From Candidatus Micrarchaeota archaeon (GTDB lineage Archaea; Micrarchaeota; Micrarchaeia; Micrarchaeales; CABMGC01): 63,204 bases of DNA. Positions 35,212 through 44,754 of the stretch are shown here, one piece after another (position 1 is the first letter of the stretch; every line of letters begins with the position of its first letter). The notes beneath the pieces are model-generated. The model worked only from the letters and a program-made list of their open reading frames with translations, had not been told where the DNA came from and did not search any database. The stretch is taken from positions 1 to 63,204 of the forward strand of contig JAKAON010000002.1 of the NCBI GenBank assembly GCA_021812185.1. The letters run 5' to 3'. The position numbers and the translations under genes are program-made.

Positions 35212-36543
35212 CTACTCGGCATGGCTCTGCCCTTCCTTCTTTTGCTCTTCTTTATTTGTTTCTATCACCTGTATCTTGTCTAGCAGTGCATTTATGTGCA
35301 TGGACACATTTTCGCAGGTGCTGTTGAGGTCCTCATCCTCAAATTTTCCCTTTATTTTCGATATCCGATCATCAGCAGATAGCAGGAACTTCTTTTTAGA
35401 TTCTAAATCGGATTCGGATATCGCTTCGCGGCTAAGCAATTCCTCCGTGGTGTTGAGGTTCATGTTTATGTCATTTAGTATTTTAAGATACTTCTTTGGA
35501 GTTTCAAGCTCGTCTTCTAGCATAGCCTTTACTCGCTTTGCAGTTGCAAGGTTGTGAGGGGCGATATGTACAAGTATCATTAAGTCTTCTTCTATTGCAA
35601 TTGTCCTCCGTTCAAGGAGCGCATGCGCAGCTACGGCCTTAAGCACCTTTCCCTTCCGCCTGTCGCTAAGATGTATATTCTGCCTTTCGAGCATCGCAAG
35701 CACTTCCACAAGCCGAGGTTTTATTTTTGAGAGGTCTATGCTTTCAAGCAGATTCTCGTATATCTTATTCATGTCGGATAATTTGGATATCCCGCTGTTG
35801 TCCGCCTTTGAATGCCTGAACTCATTTGCCCACACGGCATCTACGAGATCGCTTACCCTGCTTTCGGGAACAGGTTCTGGAAAACTGCGCAGCAGCATCC
35901 TGTCGTATATTGCGACCAAGTTTTTTGATGTAGGAACATTGTTGCTCGTACCTATTGCAGTGTGCAATGGCACGCTTATCTTCGCCTCGCCATCATAGAT
36001 GACCTTTTCCTGAAAAATGCTAAGCAGATCGTTCAATATGAATGAATCAGCATTGAATATCTCATCTAGGAATGCTATTTCAGCTTCGGGTAATTTATTT
36101 TTGTGGTTACGCTTGAACTCGCTTCTGCGAAACGCCTTTATGTCAAGAGGACCGATTATCTCTTCTGGCCTTGTTGTCTCTGCAAGTTGGTACTTGAAGA
36201 ATTTTGCCTTGACAAGATTGGCTGTCTTCTCTGCAATTTGTGACTTTGATATGCCAGGTTCGCCTATGAACACCACGTGCTCTCGTATCATTAATGCGAT
36301 AACTATTAGTTTGGCCTCTTCTTCCCTGCCTACTAGCCCTTTTGAGAGTGCATGCACTATTTTTTCAGGGAGCAAAAATAGCCTCATTGCTTCATTGTCG
36401 CTTATTTCGGATTTGCGACCTTTATCTGCATGGTCGGTATTTGCTTGGGAGCGTTTAAGCGCTATGATGTCCGATTCGCCATCGCCTTTGCTGATACTGC
36501 TTGATTCATGCCTCTTACCAAACCATCCGAATTTCAATTCCAT
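35212..36543 (-). CDS. MoxR/RavA-like AAA+ ATPase
   Basis: Walker A is FIGEPGISKSQIAEK and Walker B is IAFLDEIFNA. A sensor region and a long helical C-terminus follow. I place the start at the internal ATG 36543 (MELKFGW). The ORF track extends it to 36621. Confidence 0.75.
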   Translation of the reverse strand: MELKFGWFGKRHESSSISKGDGESDIIALKRSQANTDHADKGRKSEISDNEAMRLFLLPEKIVHALSKGLVGREEEAKLIVIALMIREHVVFIGEPGISKSQIAEKTANLVKAKFFKYQLAETTRPEEIIGPLDIKAFRRSEFKRNHKNKLPEAEIAFLDEIFNADSFILNDLLSIFQEKVIYDGEAKISVPLHTAIGTSNNVPTSKNLVAIYDRMLLRSFPEPVPESRVSDLVDAVWANEFRHSKADNSGISKLSDMNKIYENLLESIDLSKIKPRLVEVLAMLERQNIHLSDRRKGKVLKAVAAHALLERRTIAIEEDLMILVHIAPHNLATAKRVKAMLEDELETPKKYLKILNDINMNLNTTEELLSREAISESDLESKKKFLLSADDRISKIKGKFEDEDLNSTCENVSMHINALLDKIQVIETNKEEQKKEGQSHAE

Positions 36544-36686
36544 TCGCCGCAAAATGACAAGATGCTTTAGTAAAAAGCATTGCTTGCCGATCCATATCCC
36601 TACGTAATGTAGAGTGGCCATTGGATACTATTTAAAGCTTATCTACCAATAGAAAGAGGTTTGAGCAAGACAACAAATAATTACTT

Positions 36687-36962
36687 TTGGTGAACAATAG
36701 TAGCATGGAGGAAATGTGCAGTCATATGGAAGTTGCAAACTCTTTAATGAAAGAGAGCTCGAATGTCTGCGAAGATTGCATTGGGGAAGGCACGAAGTGG
36801 GTGCAGCTTAGATTGTGCCTTGCTTGCGGCAACATTGGATGCTGCGACTCATTTATAGGAAGGCATGCAACGAAACACTTTGAGGAAAGCAAGCATCCAG
36901 TAATGACAGATTTCCCAGCGAGAACGTGGAAGTGGTGCTACGTAGACAGACAGTATGGCTAA
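36687..36962 (+). CDS. UBP-type zinc-finger (zf-UBP) protein
   Basis: 91 aa. CEDCIGEGTKWVQLRLCLACGNIGCCDSFIGRHATKHFEESKHPVM..WKWCYVD is the zf-UBP Cys/His pattern. Confidence 0.7.
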   Translation: MVNNSSMEEMCSHMEVANSLMKESSNVCEDCIGEGTKWVQLRLCLACGNIGCCDSFIGRHATKHFEESKHPVMTDFPARTWKWCYVDRQYG

Positions 36963-36980
36963 GTTTGTGCTGTTGATTTT

Positions 36981-38108
36981 ATGGACTATTGTTTGATATG
37001 CACAAAATGCGCTTGTGTGTACGAAAGGGATTCATCAATATTTAGATGCGGCAAGTGCGGCGGGATTTTGGAGGTGTCGTACGATTACAGCACATTGAAA
37101 CTGCCAAAAAGATTTGCGAATGCTAAAATTTCGCAAAAAAAATATGTGCCTCTCTTTCCAGTATCTGGAAAATTAGCAAGTTTGGGCGAAGGCGGTACAT
37201 CACTTGATAAGGCACAAATAAAGGGGCTTGATGACAATGGAACGAAGTTGTACCTTAAGGTTGAGACGGGTAACCCGACAAGATCTTTTAAGGACAGGGG
37301 ATCTTCAGTAGAAATAACAAAGGCACTTGAATTCGGATACACTGATATTGTCTGTGCGTCTACCGGAAACATGGGCCTCTCGCTTGCAACATATTCGAAG
37401 GAGAATAACATGAAATGCACCATCTTCATGAGCAGGAACGGTAACAGGGAAAAGATGGAGCGCATAAAAAGGGCAGGAGGCATTGTCATAAAGGTCGATG
37501 GAGATTTCAACGCGGCAACAACGCTTGCAGAAAGATATGCAAAGGCAAAAGGGGCTTTTGCATGCGGAGATTACCATTACAGGAAAGAGGGGCAAAAAAG
37601 CGTGGCTTACGAGATAGTCGAGCAGCTCCACTACAACGTTCCAGATTATATTTTTATACAGGTTGGTAATGCCACCCTAATAGCGGCAATGTACAAGGCG
37701 CTGCGCGAGTTCAGGAGATTGAAATTTATAAGGAAGCTGCCTAAACTCGTAGCTGCCCAATCCAAAGAGTGCGATCCCCTTGTGAGGGCGTTCGATTCGA
37801 ATGGCAAAATAAGGCATATTGCCCCAAGAACCATAGCCGATGCAATTGCAGTAGGTTACCCTACATTTGGGAATGAGGGCCTTGAAGCGGTGAAAAAAAC
37901 GCGCGGCGCTGCACAAAGCGTCGATGATAAGGCAATAAAGCATTATGGTGCAGTGCTTGAAAATGAATTAGGGGTACTTTCCGAGCCCGGGGGCGCAGCA
38001 GGATTTGCTTGCTTTATGGAGAATTACGCTTGCAACAAGAAAGCTTTTGAAGACAAGGAAGTAGTAGTTATAATAACAGGAAACAACGAACATAGGAAGG
38101 ATGATTGA
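36981..38108 (+). CDS. thrC: Threonine synthase (PLP-dependent, N-terminal zinc ribbon)
   Basis: 375 aa. The N-terminus is CLICTKC..FRCGKCGG, the PLP lysine motif is NPTRSFKDRG, and the Gly loop is VCASTGNMG. Confidence 0.8.
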   Translation: MDYCLICTKCACVYERDSSIFRCGKCGGILEVSYDYSTLKLPKRFANAKISQKKYVPLFPVSGKLASLGEGGTSLDKAQIKGLDDNGTKLYLKVETGNPTRSFKDRGSSVEITKALEFGYTDIVCASTGNMGLSLATYSKENNMKCTIFMSRNGNREKMERIKRAGGIVIKVDGDFNAATTLAERYAKAKGAFACGDYHYRKEGQKSVAYEIVEQLHYNVPDYIFIQVGNATLIAAMYKALREFRRLKFIRKLPKLVAAQSKECDPLVRAFDSNGKIRHIAPRTIADAIAVGYPTFGNEGLEAVKKTRGAAQSVDDKAIKHYGAVLENELGVLSEPGGAAGFACFMENYACNKKAFEDKEVVVIITGNNEHRKDD

Positions 38109-38363
38109 TTGGTTGACTATAACACGATAGGAGTTATCGCAGGCGCATTAACCACCGCCGCATACGCACCGCAGGTATTAAAGGTGTGGAAGAGCAAGTC
38201 AGCAAAGGACATTTCTATGCCGACGTTTCTTATGCTCTCGGCAGGCACGCTGCTATGGTTCTTTTACGGCATTGGGATAGGATCGCTGCCAGTTATGGCG
38301 GCAAATGCCATCACGCTGGTTCTGGTTGCGGCAGTTGCCGTAATGAAGTTGGTTTACAAGTGA
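38109..38363 (+). CDS. SemiSWEET / PQ-loop sugar transporter
   Basis: 84 aa with 3 TM helices and a PQ motif (AAYAPQVLKVWKSKSAKDIS). It uses a TTG start directly after the thrC stop. Confidence 0.7.
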   Translation: MVDYNTIGVIAGALTTAAYAPQVLKVWKSKSAKDISMPTFLMLSAGTLLWFFYGIGIGSLPVMAANAITLVLVAAVAVMKLVYK

Positions 38364-39755
38364 CTACACAAGGTTCTTAGGATCTAGGATCTTGTCTAGA
38401 GTTTTTTTATCTAGCACCTTCATCTCCAAGCATACCTGCTTTATTGTTTTGTTCTTTGCATATGCAATCTTTGCTATCTGAGCCGCCTTGTTGTAGCCGA
38501 TGTACGGATTGAGGGCTGTCGCAAGCGAGAGATCCTCCTCAAGGTGCTTGTTTATGTTGTACATATCTGCAGTTATCCCATTCACGCACCTTGCGGTAAA
38601 TATGTTTATCCCATTTGTCATTAGCTGAATTGAGAACATCAAGTTGAATGCGATCATTGGCATGAAAGTGTTGAGTTCAAGCTGTCCGGATGATGCTCCC
38701 TCTGTTATCGAAGCGTTAAGTCCCATTACCTGCATGCAGATCATATTCATCATCTCAGGTATGCTTGGGTTCACCTTTCCAGGCATTATCGAAGATCCAG
38801 GCTGCACTTCAGGCAGGAGTATTTCGCGTATGGCTGCCCTTGGACCAGAAGTAAGGAGCCTGAGGTCGTTTGCGATCTTGTTTATCAGTACTGCATTCTC
38901 CTTTATAGAATCTGCAAGTATAAGCTCGCTGACTTGATTTTGCTGTGATGCAAACCTGTTCTTTGATCTCTTGAAATTGCATTTGGTTATCTTGTTGAGC
39001 TGGGCAATTGCCGCCTTTGAATATTCCTCGGATGCGTTTATCATTGTGCCTACTGCAGTTCCCCCCAGTGGTATTTCGAGCATCTCTCGCGCGGCGTTTT
39101 GCATGCTTTGCCTTGTTTTTGAGACAGCTGCGGCATATCCTGAGAACTCTTCGCCAAGCGTCATTGGCACTGCATCTTGAAGGTGCGTCCTGCCGATCTT
39201 CACTACCTTTGAGAACTGCTTTGACTTTGAATAAAGGCTTCTTTCAAGTTTATTTATGGAAGGCACTAGCCCATTTATCACGTATAAGTATGTTGCAATG
39301 TGCACGGCAGTATGGAACGTGTCATTTGTTGACTGTGACATGTTTACGTGATCGTTTGGATTGATGACCTTGTAATCACCTTTCTTTGCACCCAAGTGCT
39401 CTATGGCGCGATTTGCTATCACTTCGTTGAGGTTCATGTTTACGCTTGTGCCTGCCCCTGCCTGAAATGCGTCTACTGTAAACTGGTCCTTGAATTTTCC
39501 GGAGATAATTTCATCGCATGCCTTGCATATTGCATTGCATCTTTTTTTGTCAAGCTTGCCCACTTTCATGTTTGCAATGGCAGCAGCTTTTTTTAACATG
39601 GCATAAGACTCGATGAACCGATGGTTTATGCTAAGCCCAGATGCATTGAAATTTGAAAGAGCACGCTGAGTTTGCGGCCCGTAATATGCATCTGCAGGAA
39701 CGCTCACCTTTCCAAGCGAATCTCTTTCTATCCTATATCTTGCCATATTTTTCAC
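38364..39755 (-). CDS. fumC: Class II fumarate hydratase (fumarase/aspartase superfamily)
   Basis: 463 aa with the signature GSSIMPGKVNP and an N-terminal RIERDSLG..VPADAYYG.QT.RA. I call fumarase rather than aspartase from the operon context with sdhAB. Confidence 0.8.
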   Translation of the reverse strand: MKNMARYRIERDSLGKVSVPADAYYGPQTQRALSNFNASGLSINHRFIESYAMLKKAAAIANMKVGKLDKKRCNAICKACDEIISGKFKDQFTVDAFQAGAGTSVNMNLNEVIANRAIEHLGAKKGDYKVINPNDHVNMSQSTNDTFHTAVHIATYLYVINGLVPSINKLERSLYSKSKQFSKVVKIGRTHLQDAVPMTLGEEFSGYAAAVSKTRQSMQNAAREMLEIPLGGTAVGTMINASEEYSKAAIAQLNKITKCNFKRSKNRFASQQNQVSELILADSIKENAVLINKIANDLRLLTSGPRAAIREILLPEVQPGSSIMPGKVNPSIPEMMNMICMQVMGLNASITEGASSGQLELNTFMPMIAFNLMFSIQLMTNGINIFTARCVNGITADMYNINKHLEEDLSLATALNPYIGYNKAAQIAKIAYAKNKTIKQVCLEMKVLDKKTLDKILDPKNLV

Positions 39756-40783
39756 TTATTATCAGGCGCATTCCCAACCAGGCTGTTCTTCATGACCTCG
39801 AATTTTAGCAGCTGTATGGCGCCCGCAGGATCAACGCCTTTTGGACATGCATCCGAACATGCTCCTGCGAATTCGCATCCCCACACCATCTCAGGGGCAT
39901 TAACTAATTCAAGCCTTGCCTCGCCCATTTGATCCCTTGAATCTGCATAGTACCTATATCCTTGCGAAAGTGCCTGAGGCCCTGCAAATTGAGGGTTTGT
40001 GTTTACTACAGGGCACGCATCAAGGCAAAGCCCGCACATTATGCAATAGGAATATGGAAGGAACTTGCTTATGTCGTCATTTGATTGGTTGTATATCTCT
40101 TTTGCATTGTACTGTTCCTCCTTGTTCTTTCGCTCAAGATAGGGAGCCACAGAGATGTGCTTTGAGAAGAAATCATCGAAATCGGTCACAAGGTCCTTTA
40201 CCATAGGGTGTCCGGTCATTGGAGAGATCTCTATCTCGTCTCCTTCTTTTACGTTCTTTAGCACATTGGTCTCGCATGCAAGTACGGGCTTGCCATTGAC
40301 TTCCATGCCGCAAGATCCGCATATCCCCATGTTGCAGCTGCACCGTATGGAAAGCGTGCTGTCCGAATGCGATTTCACCTTTAACAGTGCAGTTAGCACG
40401 CTTGTGAACTTGTCTACCTGGACTTTGTATTTGTGCAACTCTAGCTGCTTCTCCTTGTTATTGAAACGCTTAACGTTAAAGGTGATGGTTTTTGTTGATT
40501 TCGACCCGACAAGATGGGAGATGGTACTTTTTGTCTGGTCAACTTCATGCCTAGATAGCCTAAGGACGTTCTTTGTGCCTGTCTTATACACGAATAGCTC
40601 TATCCCATTTGATATGCAAAAGATTGCAAGGCTTATGCCAAGCAGGGCTTGTATTGGAACATACATATACGCTGCTGCGAATATGTAGGATATCGCGTAT
40701 ATGAATAGGAAGAGAGGAACTGCTATTATTGAAGAGTAAGTTAATATTGGAAGTATTGATTTTTTCATTTGATCACACGGCAA
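39752..40783 (-). CDS. sdhB: Succinate dehydrogenase/fumarate reductase Fe-S subunit with an in-frame N-terminal two-TM extension
   Basis: The 2Fe-2S cluster motif is CSCNMGICGSCGMEVNG..LACET and the 4Fe-4S/3Fe-4S motifs are CIMCGLCLDACP and CEFAGACSDACP. The first ~95 aa are two hydrophobic helices. The stop/start overlaps fumC by 4 nt. Confidence 0.85.
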   Translation of the reverse strand: MPCDQMKKSILPILTYSSIIAVPLFLFIYAISYIFAAAYMYVPIQALLGISLAIFCISNGIELFVYKTGTKNVLRLSRHEVDQTKSTISHLVGSKSTKTITFNVKRFNNKEKQLELHKYKVQVDKFTSVLTALLKVKSHSDSTLSIRCSCNMGICGSCGMEVNGKPVLACETNVLKNVKEGDEIEISPMTGHPMVKDLVTDFDDFFSKHISVAPYLERKNKEEQYNAKEIYNQSNDDISKFLPYSYCIMCGLCLDACPVVNTNPQFAGPQALSQGYRYYADSRDQMGEARLELVNAPEMVWGCEFAGACSDACPKGVDPAGAIQLLKFEVMKNSLVGNAPDNK

Positions 40784-41183
40784 TGAATGCAGCCAGCACT
40801 GCGATCCATATTATAATACCTATTGCGGGAAGTGCGACGAGGACCTTGTATGAGAGCTTGTTAGTCTTCTCCCTCATTAGATCAAGGAATGACTTGTTCA
40901 TTTTCCCGAATGCAAATCCTCCGGAAGTTATTAGCGAGAAAGCCTTCATCACTTCATATAGCTGGGGCGTTATGAGCAGCCACGCAAGCACTATTGCAGC
41001 CTTTATGTAGCCGCCGAATAACCCGAATAAGATGTTTGCGAAAAACATAGCTGACATGAAAATGGAGAGCACTATAAGCACCCGGAAAGATGCGAGATGC
41101 AAAAAGGCCTCCTTGTCATAGTTGAGAGTCTTGAGAAGATTCATTTCCCGCCCCCTTACGTCAAAAGATTCTTTTTCCAACAT
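40773..41183 (-). CDS. Small 3-TM membrane protein in the SdhC/D (anchor) position
   Basis: 136 aa located between sdhA and sdhB. Its 3' end (stop at 40773) overlaps the sdhB start (40783) by 11 nt, and its own start (41183) lies 4 nt after the sdhA stop (41188). Three hydrophobic segments are present. There is no sequence motif beyond position and topology. Confidence 0.5.
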   Translation of the reverse strand: MLEKESFDVRGREMNLLKTLNYDKEAFLHLASFRVLIVLSIFMSAMFFANILFGLFGGYIKAAIVLAWLLITPQLYEVMKAFSLITSGGFAFGKMNKSFLDLMREKTNKLSYKVLVALPAIGIIIWIAVLAAFIAV

Positions 41184-41187
41184 ATCA

Positions 41188-42945
41188 CTAGTATTTTCGC
41201 TCCTCAGGCTGCCACTTCGTTACCTTTACGTTTGCATACGAGAGTTGTATCTTCCCGTTTATATTCATAGCTATTGTGTGTTTCATCCAGTTCTTATCGT
41301 CTCGTTTTGGATTCTCCCTCAATGCGTGCGAGCCTCTGCTCTCATTCCTTGCAATCGCCCCTTCGGCTATAACCTGCGACAGATCGAGAAGGTTGCCTAT
41401 CTCCAGGACGTCACGAAGGTTGGTATTGTACACGTCATTCTTGTCCTCCACGTATATGTCCTTGAACTTCTCTTGAAGAACTTGAAGCTCTTTTTTGGCC
41501 TTCGCCATGCCGATTCTGTCCCTATACACACCCATATTCAAGTCCATAGTTTCCTGCATTGATTCCCTTATGTCATAAGGGTTGTTCTTGCCATCGAATT
41601 CTAAAATGCCATTTATCCTCTCTTCTTCCCCTTGCGCGAACTTCATCGAAAAGCTCTCGTCATATTTTGAGATATCTTTTTTCATAAGATACGTTGCCGC
41701 ACCTATGCCAGTTATCCTTCCCCATACAGAGCACTGGCTAAGTGAGTTGCTCCCTAGCCTGTTTGCGCCGTGCACGCTAACGCACCCGCACTCTCCGGCA
41801 GTCCACAGATTTGCCATGGCAGGGCCGGACGGGCCTGACATCACCTGCCCGTTTATGTTTGAATGTATTCCACCCATAGTGAAGTGGGCTGCAGGCCTTA
41901 CAGGTATAGGGTCGTTATCCGGATCTAGCCCGAGTGTCTTGATGCATATCTCCTTTATCATGGGGAGTTTCTCGGATATCTTCTTGTGATCAAGATGGGT
42001 TAAGTCCAGCAGCACATGGCTCATGCCTGATTCCTCGTGCACCAAGCCTCTCCCGGCCTCGATCTCAGTTATTATTGCCCTGGAGATTATGTCTCGCGGT
42101 GCAAGTTCCATCTTGCTTGGCGCATAAGCGCTCATGAATCGCTCGCCTTTTGAATTCAGCAAATATCCCCCTTCCCCTCTTGCTGCTTCTGTTATAAGCA
42201 CTCCTGTAGGCACAAGCGAGGTGGGGTGAAATTGGACGAACTCCATGTTCTTGAGAGGGAGTCCTGCGCGGTATGCGAGGGCTATGCCATCTCCAGTGCT
42301 TGAATATGCAGTAGTTGTAAGTTTGTACGTCCTTGCAGCGCCGCCCGTAGCTATTATCCCGGCATTGCCAAGCAGCAGCTTCTTTTCTCCGCTTGCGATG
42401 TCCATAGTGAACATTCCGTTGAAGCGATTCTTGTCCATGATTAAGGAGGTTGCATAATGCTCATGGAATATGTCTATGTTCTCTGATTTTAGAACAGTGT
42501 CGTATAATGCCCTCATCAAGAAGAATCCAGTCTTGTCCGCAGCAAATGCCGTCCTTGGAATGGTCATACCGCCAAATGGCCTTTGGGATATCTTGTTGTC
42601 CTCTGTCCTATTCCATGGAACGCCCAAATGTTCATAGAATTTTATTTCCTGCGGTGCGCCGTTGACAAGCACTTCCACGGCATCTTGATCAGCGAGATAA
42701 TCAGATCCTTTTATTGTGTCGTAGGCATGAAGCGTCAGGCTGTCTTTATTGTCCTTGCCGTAGAGGACTCCAGATAACCCACCTTCTGCAGACACGGAGT
42801 GGCTCCTCATGGCGTGAAGCTTTGTCACTATGGCTATTTTGATCTTGCCTTTTGAGATTGTGCTCGCATGTATGGCTGCACTCAAGCCTGCAAGGCCGCT
42901 GCCAAGAATAATAAGGTCGTATTTTAGTGTCTCCACATATCGCAC
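41188..42945 (-). CDS. sdhA: Succinate dehydrogenase/fumarate reductase flavoprotein subunit
   Basis: 585 aa. The FAD-binding motif is DLIILGSGLAGLSAA, the covalent-FAD His context is RSHSVSAEGG, and the active-site region is HFTMGGI. Confidence 0.9.
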   Translation of the reverse strand: MRYVETLKYDLIILGSGLAGLSAAIHASTISKGKIKIAIVTKLHAMRSHSVSAEGGLSGVLYGKDNKDSLTLHAYDTIKGSDYLADQDAVEVLVNGAPQEIKFYEHLGVPWNRTEDNKISQRPFGGMTIPRTAFAADKTGFFLMRALYDTVLKSENIDIFHEHYATSLIMDKNRFNGMFTMDIASGEKKLLLGNAGIIATGGAARTYKLTTTAYSSTGDGIALAYRAGLPLKNMEFVQFHPTSLVPTGVLITEAARGEGGYLLNSKGERFMSAYAPSKMELAPRDIISRAIITEIEAGRGLVHEESGMSHVLLDLTHLDHKKISEKLPMIKEICIKTLGLDPDNDPIPVRPAAHFTMGGIHSNINGQVMSGPSGPAMANLWTAGECGCVSVHGANRLGSNSLSQCSVWGRITGIGAATYLMKKDISKYDESFSMKFAQGEEERINGILEFDGKNNPYDIRESMQETMDLNMGVYRDRIGMAKAKKELQVLQEKFKDIYVEDKNDVYNTNLRDVLEIGNLLDLSQVIAEGAIARNESRGSHALRENPKRDDKNWMKHTIAMNINGKIQLSYANVKVTKWQPEERKY

Positions 42946-43086
42946 TGATACATCAAAACATCTGATTTAAAAAATAAAAACCATCGTATCCAACCCGTTT
43001 ACCTGTAAATGGTTTATTTGGCCTTTTGTGCACGCGGTTTTGATTGTAGAAAACGCTTTTAGCCATTATTATCTCCTTCTTCTATT

Positions 43087-43695
43087 ATGTCAATACTAAG
43101 AGCGTCCAAAACATCTCCGTGCGTGCGCAGTGATAAAGAGAATGAGATAGCTAAGAGCACGCTAGAGTTTTTGGAAAATATAGATTTTTTCAAGCCCGAT
43201 GGAAAACCAAAAACAGAATGGAAGGTTTTCTATGGGGATACTTGGGGCAGGGCGCAGGCTTTTGCGCACGATGCGGCATCCAAAGCAGCTAGGAATAGCA
43301 TCCAGGGGATGGATGATTTTAATGTGGAGTGGATGAGAGCGTGGAGGGCAGTAAAGGCGAATGCAAGAGACATGATGTTCGAGGCAGGGTTTTACGCAAG
43401 GGGCAGGGCGCTGGGGACAATGTCAGGAGATGTATGTAATGATGTGGAAAGGGAGGCCACTCTTTTTGGTACTGCGATGTTTGTAGACGGTAAAAATTTC
43501 AAGGACAAAAACAGGATACTTAACCATGTCAAAAAAAGGATAGAGGTGCTTGAAAAGGGATACGCGCTTGCCTGCGACGTTGGAGGGACATTGTACGTGT
43601 ATGCCCAAAAGGATCCGCAGCCTATCAGGCATGAGAGACGAGAAACTGTTGATCCGATAAGCCTTATGGATTACATAAGCAGCAAAAGGAAGTGA
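43087..43695 (+). CDS. Hypothetical protein
   Basis: 202-aa ORF with plausible composition and no motif. Confidence 0.45.
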   Translation: MSILRASKTSPCVRSDKENEIAKSTLEFLENIDFFKPDGKPKTEWKVFYGDTWGRAQAFAHDAASKAARNSIQGMDDFNVEWMRAWRAVKANARDMMFEAGFYARGRALGTMSGDVCNDVEREATLFGTAMFVDGKNFKDKNRILNHVKKRIEVLEKGYALACDVGGTLYVYAQKDPQPIRHERRETVDPISLMDYISSKRK

Positions 43696-43799
43696 ATGCT
43701 CTCGTAAATTCCAGATATGTTTATATAGTTTGATTGAGATTTTCATGCGCTACGTGAATGCGTGGTTTTTGCACACATTCTGCGCCAGTAGGGGATTGA

Positions 43800-44723
43800 A
43801 TGGCCAGAAAAAAAGTTTCCATAATAGGGGCAGGCAAGGTAGGTTCAACACTTGCGCAAATACTTGCGTACAAGGAGATTGCAGACGTAGTTTTGTTCAA
43901 TAGGACTGCAAACAGCGCAAAGGGCATAGCCCTAGATCTGATGGAGAGCGCCCCACTTGAACATTTTGATACCAACGTGGTGGGCAGCGGAGATTATGCA
44001 GACATATCAGGCAGCGATATTGTGGTTCTGACGGCAGGAGTCCCAAGGAAGGAGGGCATGTCAAGGGACGATCTCCTGAAAGTAAATGCAGATATAGTGA
44101 GCGCAGCTTGCGAGAATATAGCAAAGCAGGCGCCAGATAGCATACTAATAGTGCTCACAAATCCACTTGATGCGATGGTGTATCTTGCCATGAAGAAAAC
44201 GGGCTTCAAGAAGCAGAAAGTCATAGGGATGGCAGGCATACTCGATTCGGCCAGGTTTGGATATTTCATAGCCAAGGAGCTTGGGGCAAGCATAAATGAC
44301 GTAAATGCAGTTGTGCTTGGAAGCCATGGCGACACAATGGTCCCAGCAACAAGCCTTACGGAAGTTGGAGGAGTCCAAGTAGAGAAATTGGTTGAGAAGG
44401 AAAAGCTGAATTCAATAATAGAGAGGACCAGAAATGGCGGAGCTGAAATAATATCGCTTGAGAAGGATTCGAGCGCTTACTACGCTCCTGCATCTGCGCT
44501 TGCAACAATGGTAGAATCGATACTTAAGGACAAGAAGATGATACTCCCGTGTTCAGTGTATTTGGAGGGAGAATATGGCATAAGCGGGATATTTTTAGGG
44601 GTGCCAGTCGTACTTGGCAGCGGCGGGGTTGAGAGGATAGTTAAACTGGATCTTTCACCAGATGAATCTGCAGCACTGGCGGCCTGTGCAGAAAAGATAC
44701 GCGGAATTGTTGCTGCCCTATAA
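43800..44723 (+). CDS. mdh: Malate dehydrogenase (LDH-like, NAD-dependent)
   Basis: 307 aa. The Rossmann motif is KVSIIGAGKVGST. The catalytic region is LTNPLD..GSHGDTMVP, and R in GVPRKEGMSRDDL is consistent with LDH-like MDH. Confidence 0.85.
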   Translation: MARKKVSIIGAGKVGSTLAQILAYKEIADVVLFNRTANSAKGIALDLMESAPLEHFDTNVVGSGDYADISGSDIVVLTAGVPRKEGMSRDDLLKVNADIVSAACENIAKQAPDSILIVLTNPLDAMVYLAMKKTGFKKQKVIGMAGILDSARFGYFIAKELGASINDVNAVVLGSHGDTMVPATSLTEVGGVQVEKLVEKEKLNSIIERTRNGGAEIISLEKDSSAYYAPASALATMVESILKDKKMILPCSVYLEGEYGISGIFLGVPVVLGSGGVERIVKLDLSPDESAALAACAEKIRGIVAAL

Positions 44724-44754
44724 TATTAGAAAAATAATAGAGGATGATGATATA

